Origin: an uncultured Thermococci archaeon
GTDB lineage: Archaea; CAYQAE01; CAYVLA01
Direction of reading: 5' to 3'
Assembly: GCA_964549615.1 (NCBI GenBank)
Contig: CAZJVP010000020.1
Location: 32,001 to 96,000 of the forward strand
Length of the DNA stretch: 64,000 nucleotides
Both the position numbers and the translations under genes were made by a program. Position 1 is the first letter of the stretch. Every line of letters starts with the position of its first letter. This document shows, in pieces, positions 46,578 to 56,660 of this stretch. The notes beneath the pieces are model-generated. The model was not told where the DNA came from. It was given only the letters and a program-made list of their open reading frames with translations, and made no database searches.

Positions 46578-47972
46578 TTGACGGCGAAAACTCTTATATT
46601 TGGCCCGTCGAAGCCGGCGCCGGGACCTTCCTTGAAAGAGAAGCTCAACGTCCTCTTGCTGGGAATCGACAGCCTCAGAGCCGACCACATGAGCTGCTAC
46701 GGCTATCACCGGCTGACCACCCCGCACATGGACCGCATCGCGTCGAAGGGCGTTCTGTTTGAGAACGCATACAGTCCCTACATCCCAACCACGCCGGGAT
46801 ATACGGCCATGTTGACCGGCACCGACGTCATGACCAACCAGATGGTCAGCCTTAGTCCGAAAGGCCCCATACCGGAATCGATCAAACTCCTGCCGGAGAT
46901 CCTCCGCGAAAAAGGCTACAGGTCAGCGTGCATAGGCTTCGACACCCCGTTCTACCGGGGCTTCGACAAGTACGAGACCTACCATGCCTGGATGGCGTGG
47001 GAAGATGCACCGGGGCACAAGGCGGAGGCCCTGAACGAGAAGGCCCTGCCCGCCCTGGAGGAGATGGCCGACGGGCCATTCCTGCTCTTCCTGCGGCATA
47101 TGGACCCCCACTCGCCCTACCTGCCACCGCCTCCCTTCGACAGCATGTTTTACGACAAGGACCCATGCGACCCCTCCGTCAACACGATGAAGCCGGTCTT
47201 CGAATTCGCCCCCTTCGCCGAGTTCTTCAAATCCTGGATGCCGCCGGGCATAACCGACATAGAGTGGGTCGTCGCGCACTACGATTCGTCCCTTGCCTAC
47301 ATGGACGCCTGCATCCGCCGGATCTTCACCAGGCTTGAGGAGCTTGGCCTGATGGACAAGACCCTGATCGTCATAACCTCCGACCACGGCGAAACCCTGA
47401 CGGAGCATGACATCTACTTCGACCACCATGGCCTCTACGAACCGACGATACACATACCGCTCATCTATTACCTGCCCGGGCTCATCCCGGAGGGGCGACG
47501 AATCAAGGGATATGTGCTGCAGCAGGACTTGACCCCCACGATACTGGATCTTCTGGGATATGGGAGCCTGGCAAGGAGATTGGGCATGGATGGCAAGAGT
47601 GCCGTTCCCTTGATCGAAGGCCTAAGATCGACGAACTACTCCGAGTTCTACCTGACCGAGTGCACGTGGATGCGCAAGCGAGGCTGGCGCACCCCACACT
47701 ACAAGCTCATCGAGGCCTTGGAGCCTGACTTCCACAACAAGCCACCCTTGGAACTTTACGACCTCGTCGAGGATCCCCTTGAGAACCACAATATCGCCGA
47801 TGAAAGGCCCGAAGTCGTCGAGGCCATGAAGAAGAGCATGGATGGCTGGATAAAGAGAAGGCTTGCCGAGACCGGCAAGGGCGACCCGATACAGGACTAC
47901 CGGATCGGGCTGGACCGGCGCATAGGCTCCATCAAGACGGCCCGCGAGATGCAGGCCGCGGGCAAGAAGTAG
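46578..47972 (+). CDS. Sulfatase-like hydrolase (alkaline phosphatase superfamily, Thr at the nucleophile site)
   Basis: NVLLLGIDSLRADH, PTTPGYTAMLTG, DPHSPY, SDHGE, DHHGLY, ELYDL.EDP.E. Confidence 0.9.
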   Translation: MTAKTLIFGPSKPAPGPSLKEKLNVLLLGIDSLRADHMSCYGYHRLTTPHMDRIASKGVLFENAYSPYIPTTPGYTAMLTGTDVMTNQMVSLSPKGPIPESIKLLPEILREKGYRSACIGFDTPFYRGFDKYETYHAWMAWEDAPGHKAEALNEKALPALEEMADGPFLLFLRHMDPHSPYLPPPPFDSMFYDKDPCDPSVNTMKPVFEFAPFAEFFKSWMPPGITDIEWVVAHYDSSLAYMDACIRRIFTRLEELGLMDKTLIVITSDHGETLTEHDIYFDHHGLYEPTIHIPLIYYLPGLIPEGRRIKGYVLQQDLTPTILDLLGYGSLARRLGMDGKSAVPLIEGLRSTNYSEFYLTECTWMRKRGWRTPHYKLIEALEPDFHNKPPLELYDLVEDPLENHNIADERPEVVEAMKKSMDGWIKRRLAETGKGDPIQDYRIGLDRRIGSIKTAREMQAAGKK

Positions 47973-47984
47973 GCCGCCCATGCT

Positions 47985-48728
47985 GTGAGGGCCTCCATGG
48001 ACGTTCCGGTCGCTTTAGTCCAGTTCGATGCCGTGCCGGAGCAGGTGGAGAAGAACCGCGGGGCCATGGAACGGCTGGTCGAGGAAGCCGTGGGGCTCGG
48101 ATCCAGGTGGATCGTCTTCCACGAGGGAACGCTAGCCGACTACACCCCCAAGCTACCCAAGCTAGCCGAGGCCGTACCGGGGGGCCCGTCAACCCGCAGG
48201 ATGGCCGCGCTGGCGGCGGAGCTTGGTTGTTTCATCTCGTTCGGCCTCTCCGAAGTGGAAGGCGACCGCTACTACATCACCCAGGCGTTCGTCGGGCCAG
48301 AGGGGTTCGTCTACCGCTACAGAAAGACCTGGCTGTGGCGATCCGAAAAGGACGAGGGATACAGGAACGAGTGGGCCAGATATGACCCGGGCACAGGTCC
48401 CGAGCTCTTCCTCATTGATGGCGTCAGGGCGACCTGCTTCATCTGCGCGGATGCGGAGGCGCCGCGATGCATAAGGCGCGCTGCAGCGCTCAAGCCTCAG
48501 GTGGTCTTCTACCCTAACAACAGGGGAAGCCTGCCCGGCTTCAGGGTCTTCGGGGCCAGGGCAAGGAAGATCGGTGCTCCCATGCTTGTGACCAACAGGG
48601 TGGGCCGTTCGTGGAAATACGAGTGCAAGGGGGGTTGTATGATCTACTCATCTAGGGGGCGCGTGCTTGCCAAGGCCAACAGGGGAGGTCGCGAGGAGAT
48701 TCTCTTCCACAGGCTCAGGATTCCGTAG
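47985..48728 (+). CDS. Carbon-nitrogen hydrolase (nitrilase superfamily)
   Basis: Catalytic E-K-C triad in VFHE, YRKTWL, FICAD. Confidence 0.9.
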   Translation: MRASMDVPVALVQFDAVPEQVEKNRGAMERLVEEAVGLGSRWIVFHEGTLADYTPKLPKLAEAVPGGPSTRRMAALAAELGCFISFGLSEVEGDRYYITQAFVGPEGFVYRYRKTWLWRSEKDEGYRNEWARYDPGTGPELFLIDGVRATCFICADAEAPRCIRRAAALKPQVVFYPNNRGSLPGFRVFGARARKIGAPMLVTNRVGRSWKYECKGGCMIYSSRGRVLAKANRGGREEILFHRLRIP

Positions 48729-48863
48729 CCACCCGGTCCGTGCACCCGGCTGCCCGGCCTTAGGTACCTATCACCACGCCGATTGACGGGTCCTTCCGGT
48801 CAGCGACCGCGAAAAACGGAAAGCCTTATCTGAGAATCCGCCAACAAGAACGATCTGGAGTTC

Positions 48864-49253
48864 ATGACCGCAACATCGAGGGGCGTCCGAGATCTGAAGC
48901 GGAAGGCTGCGCGGGATGAGGATATCCTGGCCGTCATCTCGTTCGGCAGCTACGCAAGGGGCGAAAGCTACTCCGATGTTGACGTCTGCCTAGTCATGCT
49001 CCCACGGCGGTACGAGGAGTTATACCTTTCACAGAAGAGGCTCGATTATCAGGCCCTCCTTGGCCAAGACTTCGACGTTCAGATCTTCCAGCAACTTCCC
49101 TTGTATGTGAGGATCCGGGTCCTGCGGGAGGGTAGGGTCGAATTCTGCAAGGACGAACAAGCGCTCTACGACCTTGCATTTCAGACCATCGAAGAGTTCG
49201 AGGAGTTTGAGCCCATCTACCTTTCGTATCTGGAGGCCGTAGCCAGTGCTTGA
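48864..49253 (+). CDS. Minimal nucleotidyltransferase (MntA-like antitoxin)
   Basis: FGSYARG...SDVDV, DVQIF..LP; overlaps the HEPN gene. Confidence 0.92.
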   Translation: MTATSRGVRDLKRKAARDEDILAVISFGSYARGESYSDVDVCLVMLPRRYEELYLSQKRLDYQALLGQDFDVQIFQQLPLYVRIRVLREGRVEFCKDEQALYDLAFQTIEEFEEFEPIYLSYLEAVASA

Positions 49254-49692
49254 TAGGCAAAGGGTTCTCGCCAAACTGGACGAGCTCGACTCCTATCTCC
49301 GCGAACTCCGGGACATTGCTCCCAGAAGCTATGAGGAGTATCTCGCATCGCGCGAGAAGCGGAGGGCCTGCGAGAGGCTCCTCCACATATCCATCGAATG
49401 CATCATAGACGCCTGCAACGTCCTAGTGTCAGGCATGAGGCTTGGCCTTCCGGCCGGCGAGGAGGACCTCTTCGTGAAGCTCCGGGACGCCGGCCTCATC
49501 TCGTCTGAACTGACGGACATGTTGAAGCGGATGCGGGCTTTCAGAAACATACTGGTTCATAGGTACGGGAGCGTCGACGACAGGTTGGTCTACGACGCCA
49601 TAGAGCGCAGGCTGGGCGACTTCGATAGGTTCAAGACAGAGATCCTGGAGAGAATGCGGACCCCGGGACGCAGGGCGGATGCGACGAAGTAA
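49246..49692 (+). CDS. HEPN/DUF86 toxin (HepT-like RNase)
   Basis: ER.L...IE...D and the Rx4HxY motif RNILVHRY. Confidence 0.92.
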   Translation: MLDRQRVLAKLDELDSYLRELRDIAPRSYEEYLASREKRRACERLLHISIECIIDACNVLVSGMRLGLPAGEEDLFVKLRDAGLISSELTDMLKRMRAFRNILVHRYGSVDDRLVYDAIERRLGDFDRFKTEILERMRTPGRRADATK

Positions 49693-50081
49693 GTGCTGCA
49701 AAGATCGATGAAAGCAAGCCCCCATGGGCTCAAGCGTGGGTCGCTGCATTATCGCGTGGGCCATGCCACTAGGACGCCTAGATAGGAGACTAGAAAGCCA
49801 GGCTCATCTTCTCGAGTTGAAGGACGCATTGAAAAGTTCAAAGCCGAGATCCTAGAGAGGATTCGCCTCAGGGACGCAAGGCAAAGCGACCCAGTGGAGC
49901 TCCAAGGGTGAGACGGGGCAAAGCCTAGGATCGGGCGGTGACCAGATACTCCTAAGCACCCTGTTCATCCTTCTGGACATAGGAAGAAACAAACCGGGCT
50001 TCATCAAAGGAGCAAAGACGCCGACTGGAAATAGCCAGGGGCAACCATGGGCTGCGCAAAAAAAGATAGATTTTTCGGGAA

Positions 50082-51341
50082 ATGGACAACCTGCGCTCAT
50101 CTGTGCTGATTACTCGCACCTCCTCGAACCTACAAGCAATCCTTGCGATGGTCGTTTCCTCGGCTATCTTCTGCGTGTTCCCTGCCCCGGGACTGGAGGA
50201 TGGTCGGATCGGCGTCCTCTACGTCGGCTGCGTAGCGCGCTCGCAGCCCTTCTGGATGATGAGATCCGATCCCCTGTTCAGGATGCAATTCGTGCAGGCA
50301 ACGATCCGCGACTTCATGATGTATGGGCCGATGCCTGCCAAGACAGACGCTGACGTGCACAGGATGGTTAGGCTTTACATGCCACGCACCGACCGGGAGC
50401 TAACGGAAAACTACGATGCAATCGTCCTCTCCGAGGCCAACGTGGATGCGGTTGGTCCCCACATCGACAAGCTGGCCCGAGCCGTCTCCGAGGGGGGCCT
50501 CGGCCTCGTCATGGCCGGTGGCTGGCAGTCGTTCGGAGCTGCCAGCTCCTATCACCCGTGGAGCGAAACCTCGATTGGACGACTCCTTCCGACCGAAGAC
50601 ATCGCCGGAACCTGGGATGAGTCCGTGTTTCAACGCCTAGTGATCGACAGGCCCGATCACGAGCTGATGAGCAGCGTTCCATGGCAGTCGGGCGATCCCG
50701 CTTTGGCCGGCGGGATATGGCACCACAACCGGGTCACCGTCAAGCTAGGCGCCGATCAGCTTGCGCATGTGGTATCGGGCTCAGGCCACGAGGACCCCCT
50801 CATGGTCACATGGAGGATAGAGACCGGGCCCCGGACCTTTGCGCTGACAAGCGAGTCATGCCGCCTTCCCCTGTGGATCTACGCCTACGACTACGTCAGC
50901 AACCTGATGATCTTCCTAGACGAGCGGCCGGTCCCTCAGGATGTGAACCTCGTTCACGCCGCGAGGTCGAAGATGCTCGAGACCAAGACAAGAAGGTCGC
51001 TTCTTTCTTCCCTCCTCGATTTCTGTGAATCATTTGGAGCGAACACCCGCAGTATGATGTCTAGGCTTGAGAAGATGGATGAGATAATTGCCAGCGCCAC
51101 CCCCAGGTATCTTGAGCTTCGTTTCGACGATATGATGGAGACCTACCGCCGGGTTGGCGAGATCCTCGACGATGCTGAGGAGGAGGCCATCAAGCTCAAG
51201 AACCGAACCTTGCTCTGGGTCTACCTGATCGAGTGGCTTGCGGTGAGCGGAACGGCGGCGGTCTGTGGATTCCTGCTATGGTCGCTGATGTTGCGTCGCA
51301 GGTTCTACAGGGAGGTTCAAACCACAAGGCTCGCCAGGTAA
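50082..51341 (+). CDS. Surface-anchored GATase1-like (DUF1355-like) protein, paralogue 1
   Basis: Signal-like N-terminus, RLYMPRT...YDAIVLSEA, GGLGLVMAGGWQSFG, helical stalk, C-terminal TM + RRR. Confidence 0.75.
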   Translation: MDNLRSSVLITRTSSNLQAILAMVVSSAIFCVFPAPGLEDGRIGVLYVGCVARSQPFWMMRSDPLFRMQFVQATIRDFMMYGPMPAKTDADVHRMVRLYMPRTDRELTENYDAIVLSEANVDAVGPHIDKLARAVSEGGLGLVMAGGWQSFGAASSYHPWSETSIGRLLPTEDIAGTWDESVFQRLVIDRPDHELMSSVPWQSGDPALAGGIWHHNRVTVKLGADQLAHVVSGSGHEDPLMVTWRIETGPRTFALTSESCRLPLWIYAYDYVSNLMIFLDERPVPQDVNLVHAARSKMLETKTRRSLLSSLLDFCESFGANTRSMMSRLEKMDEIIASATPRYLELRFDDMMETYRRVGEILDDAEEEAIKLKNRTLLWVYLIEWLAVSGTAAVCGFLLWSLMLRRRFYREVQTTRLAR

Positions 51342-51657
51342 TGGACCAACACGGAAATCACCCCGGCAACAAAAGAAGGACGATGGCCGCGAAGCGTCAA
51401 TCCCCCTCTTGGGGCGGCCAAGTCGCTGGACCCGAACATACTCAGACTGGATTCGAGTTAACCCCAGCCGCTACCTTTAGGCTTAGACCCTTTTGGGCGC
51501 ACCCAAAGCCTTGATGGCAGAACCGCGGCAAACATCACCGAGGCGCCGATGGCTCGTTGCGCGACCCCGAAACGGTACGAGATGCCTTCAGGCTGCTGCC
51601 CGGCAGCGGGGACGGAACAGATAAGAGCATTGCAGGGAGGCGGAGAGCAGTGGTAGG

Positions 51658-52788
51658 ATGGCTTTGGAGCTGTGGATGCATGGCATATCGGCACAGGACC
51701 CGCAGGCCTGCCTGGAAAGGCTTCACGATCTTGGGTTCTCGGCCGTGGTTCTAGGCACCGACCAACGCCAGTTGGCCGCAGCCAAGAAAGTCGGGCTGCG
51801 TGCATACGCGTGCACCGGAACCTTCTCCAGATCCAAGGAATTCCGGGACGAAAGCTACCTTGCGATAGACGTCGAGGGAAGCCCCCGCGAATGGTTTGGG
51901 TCAACGTGCCCAAACCGAGGTGCGGTGAGGGACTTTAACCTCTCCCAGATACGGGATCTGGTGACTAAGACCGATGCCGACGGAGTCCTCTTGGACGGCT
52001 GTCGCTTTGCCTCCCCGGCCTCGGGCCTAGAGGCATTCTTCACATGCTTCTGCCCGACCTGCGAGAAGAAGGCCCAAGAGATGGGCTACGATTTTGCGAG
52101 GATGAGGAAACAGATCAAGACGATCTACAGGATGCTTGCTGACGGCCGGCTCGGCAAACGACCCGTGGACATGAACCCCTTCCTCTTGCTTTCATCGATC
52201 TCGGTCTTTCCCGCACTTGGCGACTGGATCTCCTTCAGGACGGAGTGCATAATCGAGCACTTTTCAAGCGCCTCGGAGCTGGTCAGGGGGGCGGGCGCCA
52301 AGATGGGCGCTTACATCTTCACTCCCTGCCTGTCGCCGCTGGTCGGACAGCGCTACTCCAGCCTGGCTAACCTGTTGGATGTGGCCTCCCCCATGATCTA
52401 CAGGAACTACCCCGAGGGCGAGGGTCCTGCATGCCTGAACAAGGAAGCCGCGACCCTTGCCCGGTTTCTACGTCGGGGCGGGCTGAAGGACCGCAATGCG
52501 GTGGAGATCGTGAACCGGTTCCTCGGCTTGTGCGAGGAGGACAAGACCATATCTGGCGTGGATAGGGAGATCTCGTTGGAGTCCATCGAGCGGGAACTCA
52601 CAAGGACCGTGGTGTACCTAGGCGGCCGGCCGAAGGTTGTGCCGATACTCTACCTCGGGGATGAGCTCGTGGAGAACTGCGTCCAAGCCGCATCGTCCGC
52701 TGGGGTGGACGGAGTCAACTTCTTCGTCTACAAGGATGAGTGGAGCGGCGTCGTGGAGAGGATCTCCCAGTGCGCGCATCCGAAGTGA
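51658..52788 (+). CDS. TIM-barrel glycoside-hydrolase-like protein (DUF187/GHL10-like)
   Basis: CPN...VR, DGVLLD..RF, CFCPTC, W..FR...I, D.ASPMIY. Confidence 0.6.
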   Translation: MALELWMHGISAQDPQACLERLHDLGFSAVVLGTDQRQLAAAKKVGLRAYACTGTFSRSKEFRDESYLAIDVEGSPREWFGSTCPNRGAVRDFNLSQIRDLVTKTDADGVLLDGCRFASPASGLEAFFTCFCPTCEKKAQEMGYDFARMRKQIKTIYRMLADGRLGKRPVDMNPFLLLSSISVFPALGDWISFRTECIIEHFSSASELVRGAGAKMGAYIFTPCLSPLVGQRYSSLANLLDVASPMIYRNYPEGEGPACLNKEAATLARFLRRGGLKDRNAVEIVNRFLGLCEEDKTISGVDREISLESIERELTRTVVYLGGRPKVVPILYLGDELVENCVQAASSAGVDGVNFFVYKDEWSGVVERISQCAHPK

Positions 52789-54008
52789 GTGGGTTCACAG
52801 CCAGGACCCACGTAGAACGTTCAGCCGCCGGCCTGTTGGCGGTCTGCATGGGATTCCTCCTTTCCGTCCCCTTATGTGCGGCGAGGAGCGATCCTGCGAC
52901 GGGACGGGTGAGGTTGATCTACTTCGGAGACCCGATAGGTGCAAGCCCCTTCCCCTTCATGATGAACGAGCCGCTCCTCGCACCTGCAGCCGTGATGGCC
53001 TGCAAGATGTGGTACCCCTACGAGACCATACGCAAGAGCATGCGGATCTATGCGCCGCGCACCTTCGAGGCGTTGGACTCGTCGTACGACATGATCATCC
53101 TCAGCGACGCCAACGTGCTGAGCTTCGAAACAAGGCACCTGGACTGGTTCTCCCATTTCGTGGCCGATAAGGGCGGAGGGCTCGCGATGATCGGCGGGTT
53201 CGAGTCCTTCGGGGGCCAGGGCTACTTGTCCTGGGGTCCGACGCCGGTGGGCGATGTCCTGCCGGTCGAGTGCGTGGCCGGAGGCTACAACGCCGAGGGC
53301 CAGATAATCATCGTCCAGCCGGATTGCCCCGTGGTCTCCAACCTCCCATGGAACACCTTGGGCCCGAGCAACTACCTTGGGGGAAATCGGGTCACGCTCA
53401 AGACGGGATCTGAGCTTGTCGCCAGGTTCTCGGACTCAAACCCCCTCTTTGTATGGTGGAAGTGTGGAAAGGGAAGGTCGTACGCGATGGCCGGTGACTG
53501 GACCCCGGCCGGGGGAACGCAGTTCATGAAGTGGGATTACTATGGGGACTATGCGGTGAACGTCGTCCTATTCACGGCAAGCGAGGAGGTCCCCGCCGAT
53601 GTAGAGATCATGCATTCGGTCAGAGGGATCCTTCGCGCCTATGGAGAGACGAAGGGCTACCTGTACTCCCTTATGGATTTTGCCGAGAAATTCGGCGCCA
53701 GCATGAACGGGATCGAGCGAAGCATCGGCGAGGCCGAACTGGAGGCCTCGCGTGCCAGGTCCCTCTATATGTCCTACGATTTCCATGGCGCCGCTTCAGC
53801 CGCCGCGGAAGCCGTGGCGATGCTGGAGGCTGCGTTGGATGACGCCGTCCGCGCAAAGGACAGCGCAATGCTTTGGGTATTCCTCGTAGAGTGGTTGGCG
53901 GTGATCTCGACTTGCATGGTCTCCGGCCTGGTGCTCTACGAGTTGATGATCGCGCGGCGGCTGCTCAAGCCAGCCCCATCGAGCATCTTCACCAAAGGCA
54001 TGTCCTAG
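52785..54008 (+). CDS. Surface-anchored GATase1-like (DUF1355-like) protein, paralogue 2
   Basis: DPATGRVRLIY.GD, MRIYAPRT...YDMIILSDA, GGGLAMIGGFESFG, DWTP.GG..FMKW.YY, C-terminal TM. Start uncertain (GTG 52785 overlaps the upstream stop). Confidence 0.78.
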   Translation: MSGFTARTHVERSAAGLLAVCMGFLLSVPLCAARSDPATGRVRLIYFGDPIGASPFPFMMNEPLLAPAAVMACKMWYPYETIRKSMRIYAPRTFEALDSSYDMIILSDANVLSFETRHLDWFSHFVADKGGGLAMIGGFESFGGQGYLSWGPTPVGDVLPVECVAGGYNAEGQIIIVQPDCPVVSNLPWNTLGPSNYLGGNRVTLKTGSELVARFSDSNPLFVWWKCGKGRSYAMAGDWTPAGGTQFMKWDYYGDYAVNVVLFTASEEVPADVEIMHSVRGILRAYGETKGYLYSLMDFAEKFGASMNGIERSIGEAELEASRARSLYMSYDFHGAASAAAEAVAMLEAALDDAVRAKDSAMLWVFLVEWLAVISTCMVSGLVLYELMIARRLLKPAPSSIFTKGMS

Positions 54009-54237
54009 AGACATGAACGCGATCAAGCTGCCGGCGGGGATTTGCCGTGCTTCCTATGTCCGACCTGCTCTCATCCCCCGCGAGCAGGCCAGCCATCCGG
54101 CGGGCAATCGTCCTTCTGGCAGTGCTGGATATATGGGCGGCGGCGCCAAGCGAAACCCATGTCGACCGTTGGTCGCCGTCGAGACCCCAGCCTCGCCCGC
54201 TGATAACACTAAATAGCCATCGGCCGATGCGCGGCCC

Positions 54238-55434
54238 GTGAGAGAAACCGCGGTTGCCGCTGTGTGCCTGTACCTCGCGGCAGCCTCGCTTGGCCCGACG
54301 GGTCTCGCGGCGACCAACGAGACGATCGCGAGGCAGCTCATGACCCAGCTGGGGAGGTTCGGGCCGTCCTATCCCGACTCACCAGACAGACACGACGCCC
54401 TTCTCCAGATCGACAGCCTCTTCCTGAACGATAGCCTTGGACCGCTCCGGGCGTTGGTCAAGGAAATGATCTCGACCGCGTTGTCCGACATCGTGGGCTA
54501 CCAAGGATCGGCCCCAAGGGTGTGGTACTTCTGGAACATGGGCTACATCGTAAAGGCGAAGGGCCAGGTGCTGGGGTTTGACCTTGCCGAGCTGCAGCTC
54601 GCACCGCTCAACGCTGAACAGAAGAAGCTGCTCGGCCAGAACCTGGACGTACTGTTCGTCTCCCATGTGGACAATCCGCATATAGACAGGGACCTTGTGT
54701 CGTACATGAGGGCCGAGTCGTTCGTCGTCTGTCCGGCTGAGGACGTCTCCTTCTTCGATACCGTGTTGGACAGGAAATGCGCGATCGTTGGCATGAAAGC
54801 GGGGGAGAAGCGTCAGGTCGGCTCCACGTCCGTGGAGGCTTACCCCGGTGACCACGGCGCCGGGGGACCCAACATGCGCTGTTACTTAGTATCAATTGGT
54901 GGAACCAAGCTCATGCAGACCGGCGACCAGCGCACCGTTGCGGAGTGGATGAAGGAGGTAGGCAGGAAGTCGCTCGACGTTCTCATGATCAACCCCCTTT
55001 GGGAATACAACTGGACGGTGGAGGCGGTCAGGACCATGAAACCGTCCTGCGCGCTGCCCGGAACGATGTACGATATGTCGCACGAGAAGGAGACCTGGCA
55101 CGGATATCCCTATGCCTTCCGGCTCAGGGAGGACGTGGGGCCGAACGTGTTCCCGATCTTCTTTGGGGAGAGGATATCGATCCCGACGTCGTCCTCGGAT
55201 TCCCTTTCCTTCGTGCTAATCGGCCTCGTTGCGGCAGCCGGCGTCGCGGTAGCGTATGGAGCGGTGGCCCGGAGGAGGAGAACGCCCGGCGCGAAGCTTC
55301 CCAAGCCAGCTGCGGATTTGATGTGCCAAAAGAGGTACGTTCCGGAGCTTTGCGTGACGTGCAGGCACTACGTCGTGAAGGGCGGCAAGATCCACTGCTC
55401 GAAGCACAACATCGCCCTCGACTCCGAGACCTAG
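54238..55434 (+). CDS. Single-pass MBL-fold (UlaG-like) protein with cytoplasmic Cys/His tail
   Basis: Signal peptide, NMGYIVK, LDVLFVSH, GDH, TGD; TM then RRRR and a C-x8-C-x2-C-x11-C-x2-H tail. Confidence 0.8.
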   Translation: MRETAVAAVCLYLAAASLGPTGLAATNETIARQLMTQLGRFGPSYPDSPDRHDALLQIDSLFLNDSLGPLRALVKEMISTALSDIVGYQGSAPRVWYFWNMGYIVKAKGQVLGFDLAELQLAPLNAEQKKLLGQNLDVLFVSHVDNPHIDRDLVSYMRAESFVVCPAEDVSFFDTVLDRKCAIVGMKAGEKRQVGSTSVEAYPGDHGAGGPNMRCYLVSIGGTKLMQTGDQRTVAEWMKEVGRKSLDVLMINPLWEYNWTVEAVRTMKPSCALPGTMYDMSHEKETWHGYPYAFRLREDVGPNVFPIFFGERISIPTSSSDSLSFVLIGLVAAAGVAVAYGAVARRRRTPGAKLPKPAADLMCQKRYVPELCVTCRHYVVKGGKIHCSKHNIALDSET

Positions 55435-55435
55435 G

Positions 55436-56660
55436 TCAGTCCTCAAAGGGGATGGGAAGCTTGTGCTTGGAGCAGTAATGACTTCCGGCCCTTATCGTGT
55501 TGTATCTGCAGAACGGACACAGTTCTTTGGCGGGCTTTCCCTGGCAGACCTCGTATGGCCTCTTCTTAGCCCTTCCCGCTTGGGCCGTTCCTTCCTTGCG
55601 TTTCCGGCTCCTCACGACCCAAGGCGAGACGACCCCCAGGACCAAAACGATTGCAACCGCAACATAGAGGAGTGGAATCCCGCTGCCTTCAGGCTTGGCT
55701 ATCTCGCCCCTGAATCGCGTGACCCCGGCGGATGTGGCAAACCAAACGTAGGCACCGTCGACTGCAATGTCACGGACTTCGCTGGACGCAAGGCCCTCTG
55801 ACCTCCTGTAGACGCCGATGCCGCCCCGTCGTCCGATGGCCGTGACTCCGAAAGTCAAGCTCCCGGCCCATATCCTCGAGTTCGTGGCGACGGACCCCAC
55901 CGAGTTGTCCGCGAGTCCTGTGGACTTGTCGTAGGTGACGATCGAGCCGTCTTCAGGATCGTACCGGCACAACCCTCCCGCCCCGGTGCCTATCCAAAGG
56001 AACTCGTCATCTGCGGCCAGCGCCAGGATCCGACTGTCCGAAAGGCCGTCGCCGATGCTGACCTGCTTCTTGAAGCTCAGGGAGGCGCGGTCGAAGCCGA
56101 GGACTCCGTTCGCGTTCGTCCCGAACCATATCATCCCTTTCAGAACCGCCACCGCGCTCGTTGTCTTCTCTGGCAGCCCCGCCCCGCCGATGGTCTGGAA
56201 CGAGGGGATCTCTGCGTCGAGAGAGGCCCGTGCTCCGCCGCCCGAGGTTGCTATGTACAGGTACTCCCCGTCGCTCGCTAGGTCGGCCACGCGGTTGTCG
56301 GGCAGACCGTTCTCCGTCGTGTAGGACTCCCAGGCACCTGATCTGTACCTAAACAGCCCGTCACCGAAAGTTCCCAGCCAGACGCCTCCCTTGGCGATAT
56401 GTATGCATACGACCCTGGTCGCGAGGCCGGGCGGACTCATGGCAGTCCAGGTCCCGCTGGACGCAGCGAACCTTGCGACCGCGCCGGCCATCCCAGCCCA
56501 GACTTCGCCCTTCGAGGCCGCTATGCTGAACACGTTCTCGTCCGGCAAACCTTCATCGCGGCCAAAGCTTGTCCACGTTGCTTCCTCTGTCTGCGCATCG
56601 CAAGACGGGGGAGAGAGCGTGAGGACTGCGATTATGCAGGCCAGCCCCGCCGCTACCGTT
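55436..56660 (-). CDS. Single-pass beta-propeller (two-component regulator propeller repeats) protein with cytoplasmic Cys/His tail
   Basis: Repeats GLPDENV, GLPDNRV, GLSDSRI, GLADNSV, GLASSEV with W.GT..G; TM; same Cys tail. Start codon unclear. Confidence 0.8.
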
